The translations under genes and the position numbers were made by a program. Below are positions 63,166 through 64,000 of a stretch of DNA of 64,000 nucleotides, in pieces. Numbering within the stretch: position 1 is the first letter of the stretch; every line of letters begins with the position of its first letter. This DNA comes from Eubacteriales bacterium (GTDB lineage Bacteria > Bacillota > Clostridia > Oscillospirales > JAAYOS01): NCBI GenBank assembly GCA_050950785.1, contig JBMNIG010000029.1, positions 63,023-127,022 of the forward strand, given 5' to 3'. The notes beneath the pieces were generated by a model. The model was not told the origin of the DNA. It ran no database searches and saw only the letters and a program-made list of their open reading frames with translations.

Positions 63166-64000
63166 TTACCTGGATTTTGAGAATGCAAGTACTCCGTTAT
63201 GTCCACCGAATCCAAGCGAGGAGGATAAAGCAAATTCCAAATCTGCATGTATACTCGTGTTTGGCGTGTAATTTAGGTCACAATCAATGTCCGGTTGTTC
63301 ATAACCGATAGTAGGGGGGATGACTCCGTTTTTAAGAGCCAGGATGGAAGCGATTGCTTCAACAGCACCGGCAGCACCAAGCATATGACCGGTCATTGAT
63401 TTTGTGCTGCTTATATGAACGCCCATCGCTCTCTCGCCAAATACGTTTTTGACTGCAAGTGTCTCTGCAGCATCGTTTAGCGGTGTTGAAGTACCGTGTG
63501 CGTTGAAGTAGATTTTATCGGTGTCAAGCAGCTCGGGAGATTCCACACCGGACTCAGCCAGTGCTAAGCGTATTGCTTCCGCTGCACCTTTCGATTCAGG
63601 GTGGGGAGCTGTTATGTGATAGGCATCGCAAGTATTTCCATAGCCTATTAATTCAGCATAGATTTTTGCTCCTCGTTCGATCGCATGCTCATACTCTTCG
63701 AGGATAACGATTCCTGCTCCTTCGCTTAGAACAAAGCCGTCCCTGCGCTTGTCGAAGGGGATCGATGCCGAGGACGGATCGTTACGGAAGGATAGTGCCA
63801 TGCAGTTGGTAAACCCGGCTACGGCAAGGGGATTGACCGCAGCCTCTGCGCCTCCGGCTATGATAGCATCAGCATAACCATACTTTATAGCCCTAAAGGC
63901 TTCGCCGATGGCATGCGTGGAAGTCGCACACGCTGTTACGACGGGGAGACAAGGTCCCTGTGCATTGTGGCGGATTGCAATCGTTCCTGCCGCCACATTG
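63166..64000 (-). CDS. fabF: beta-ketoacyl-ACP synthase II, C-terminal part; 5' end off-window
   Basis: ...CATSTHAIGEA..., NAHGTSTPLND, KSMTGHMLGAAG, SLGFGGHNG. The frame is open to the window edge. Confidence 0.9.
   Translation of the reverse strand, partial: NVAAGTIAIRHNAQGPCLPVVTACATSTHAIGEAFRAIKYGYADAIIAGGAEAAVNPLAVAGFTNCMALSFRNDPSSASIPFDKRRDGFVLSEGAGIVILEEYEHAIERGAKIYAELIGYGNTCDAYHITAPHPESKGAAEAIRLALAESGVESPELLDTDKIYFNAHGTSTPLNDAAETLAVKNVFGERAMGVHISSTKSMTGHMLGAAGAVEAIASILALKNGVIPPTIGYEQPDIDCDLNYTPNTSIHADLEFALSSSLGFGGHNGVLAFSKSR

Overview
This 64-kb chromosomal segment reads like a Bacillota (Clostridia-type) genome. It has GGAGG-type ribosome-binding sites, an SLH-domain surface protein, sepF-divIVA division genes, and the gene order fabF-accB-fabZ-accC-accD-accA. 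I can support about 55 protein genes, almost all core housekeeping. In order they are: an aldolase/GntP permease/FGGY kinase sugar-acid cluster; two tandem CNNM/TlyC-type CBS membrane proteins; an ABC-2/GldG-like/DUF4340 module; a five-gene branched-chain amino-acid ABC importer with a co-transcribed CBS-ACT protein; an SLH-anchored esterase; a bactofilin; ilvE; a CE4 deacetylase homologue; thiI-cinA-miaB-mutS-mutL-miaA-hfq; an HlyD-like gene followed by yggS-sepF-divIVA-ileS-lspA-rluD; a TPP riboswitch with thiT; a GHL10-amidase lipoprotein, a GH3 hydrolase and beta-phosphoglucomutase; an ACT/UPF0210 pair; tldD and pmbA; DUF503; DUF2804; and the acc/fab cluster. Accessory content is limited. 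There is an intact IS30-family element flanked by a 16-bp direct repeat, an IS6/IS240-like element with a zinc-ribbon transposase inserted between tldD and pmbA, and a truncated IS5/IS1182-like transposase remnant in an AT-rich islet. I did not find a convincing new multi-gene system such as a defence, secretion or biosynthetic locus. The most unusual sequence-level signal is a GC-rich repeat family of about 36-44 bp, present as short tandem arrays at two intergenic loci (about 11.1 kb and 46.3-46.5 kb). Three genes carry single-nucleotide frameshifts, so assembly error and real gene decay need to be told apart. No rRNA, tRNA or CRISPR was seen. All family calls come from reading the translations by eye; no database search was possible.
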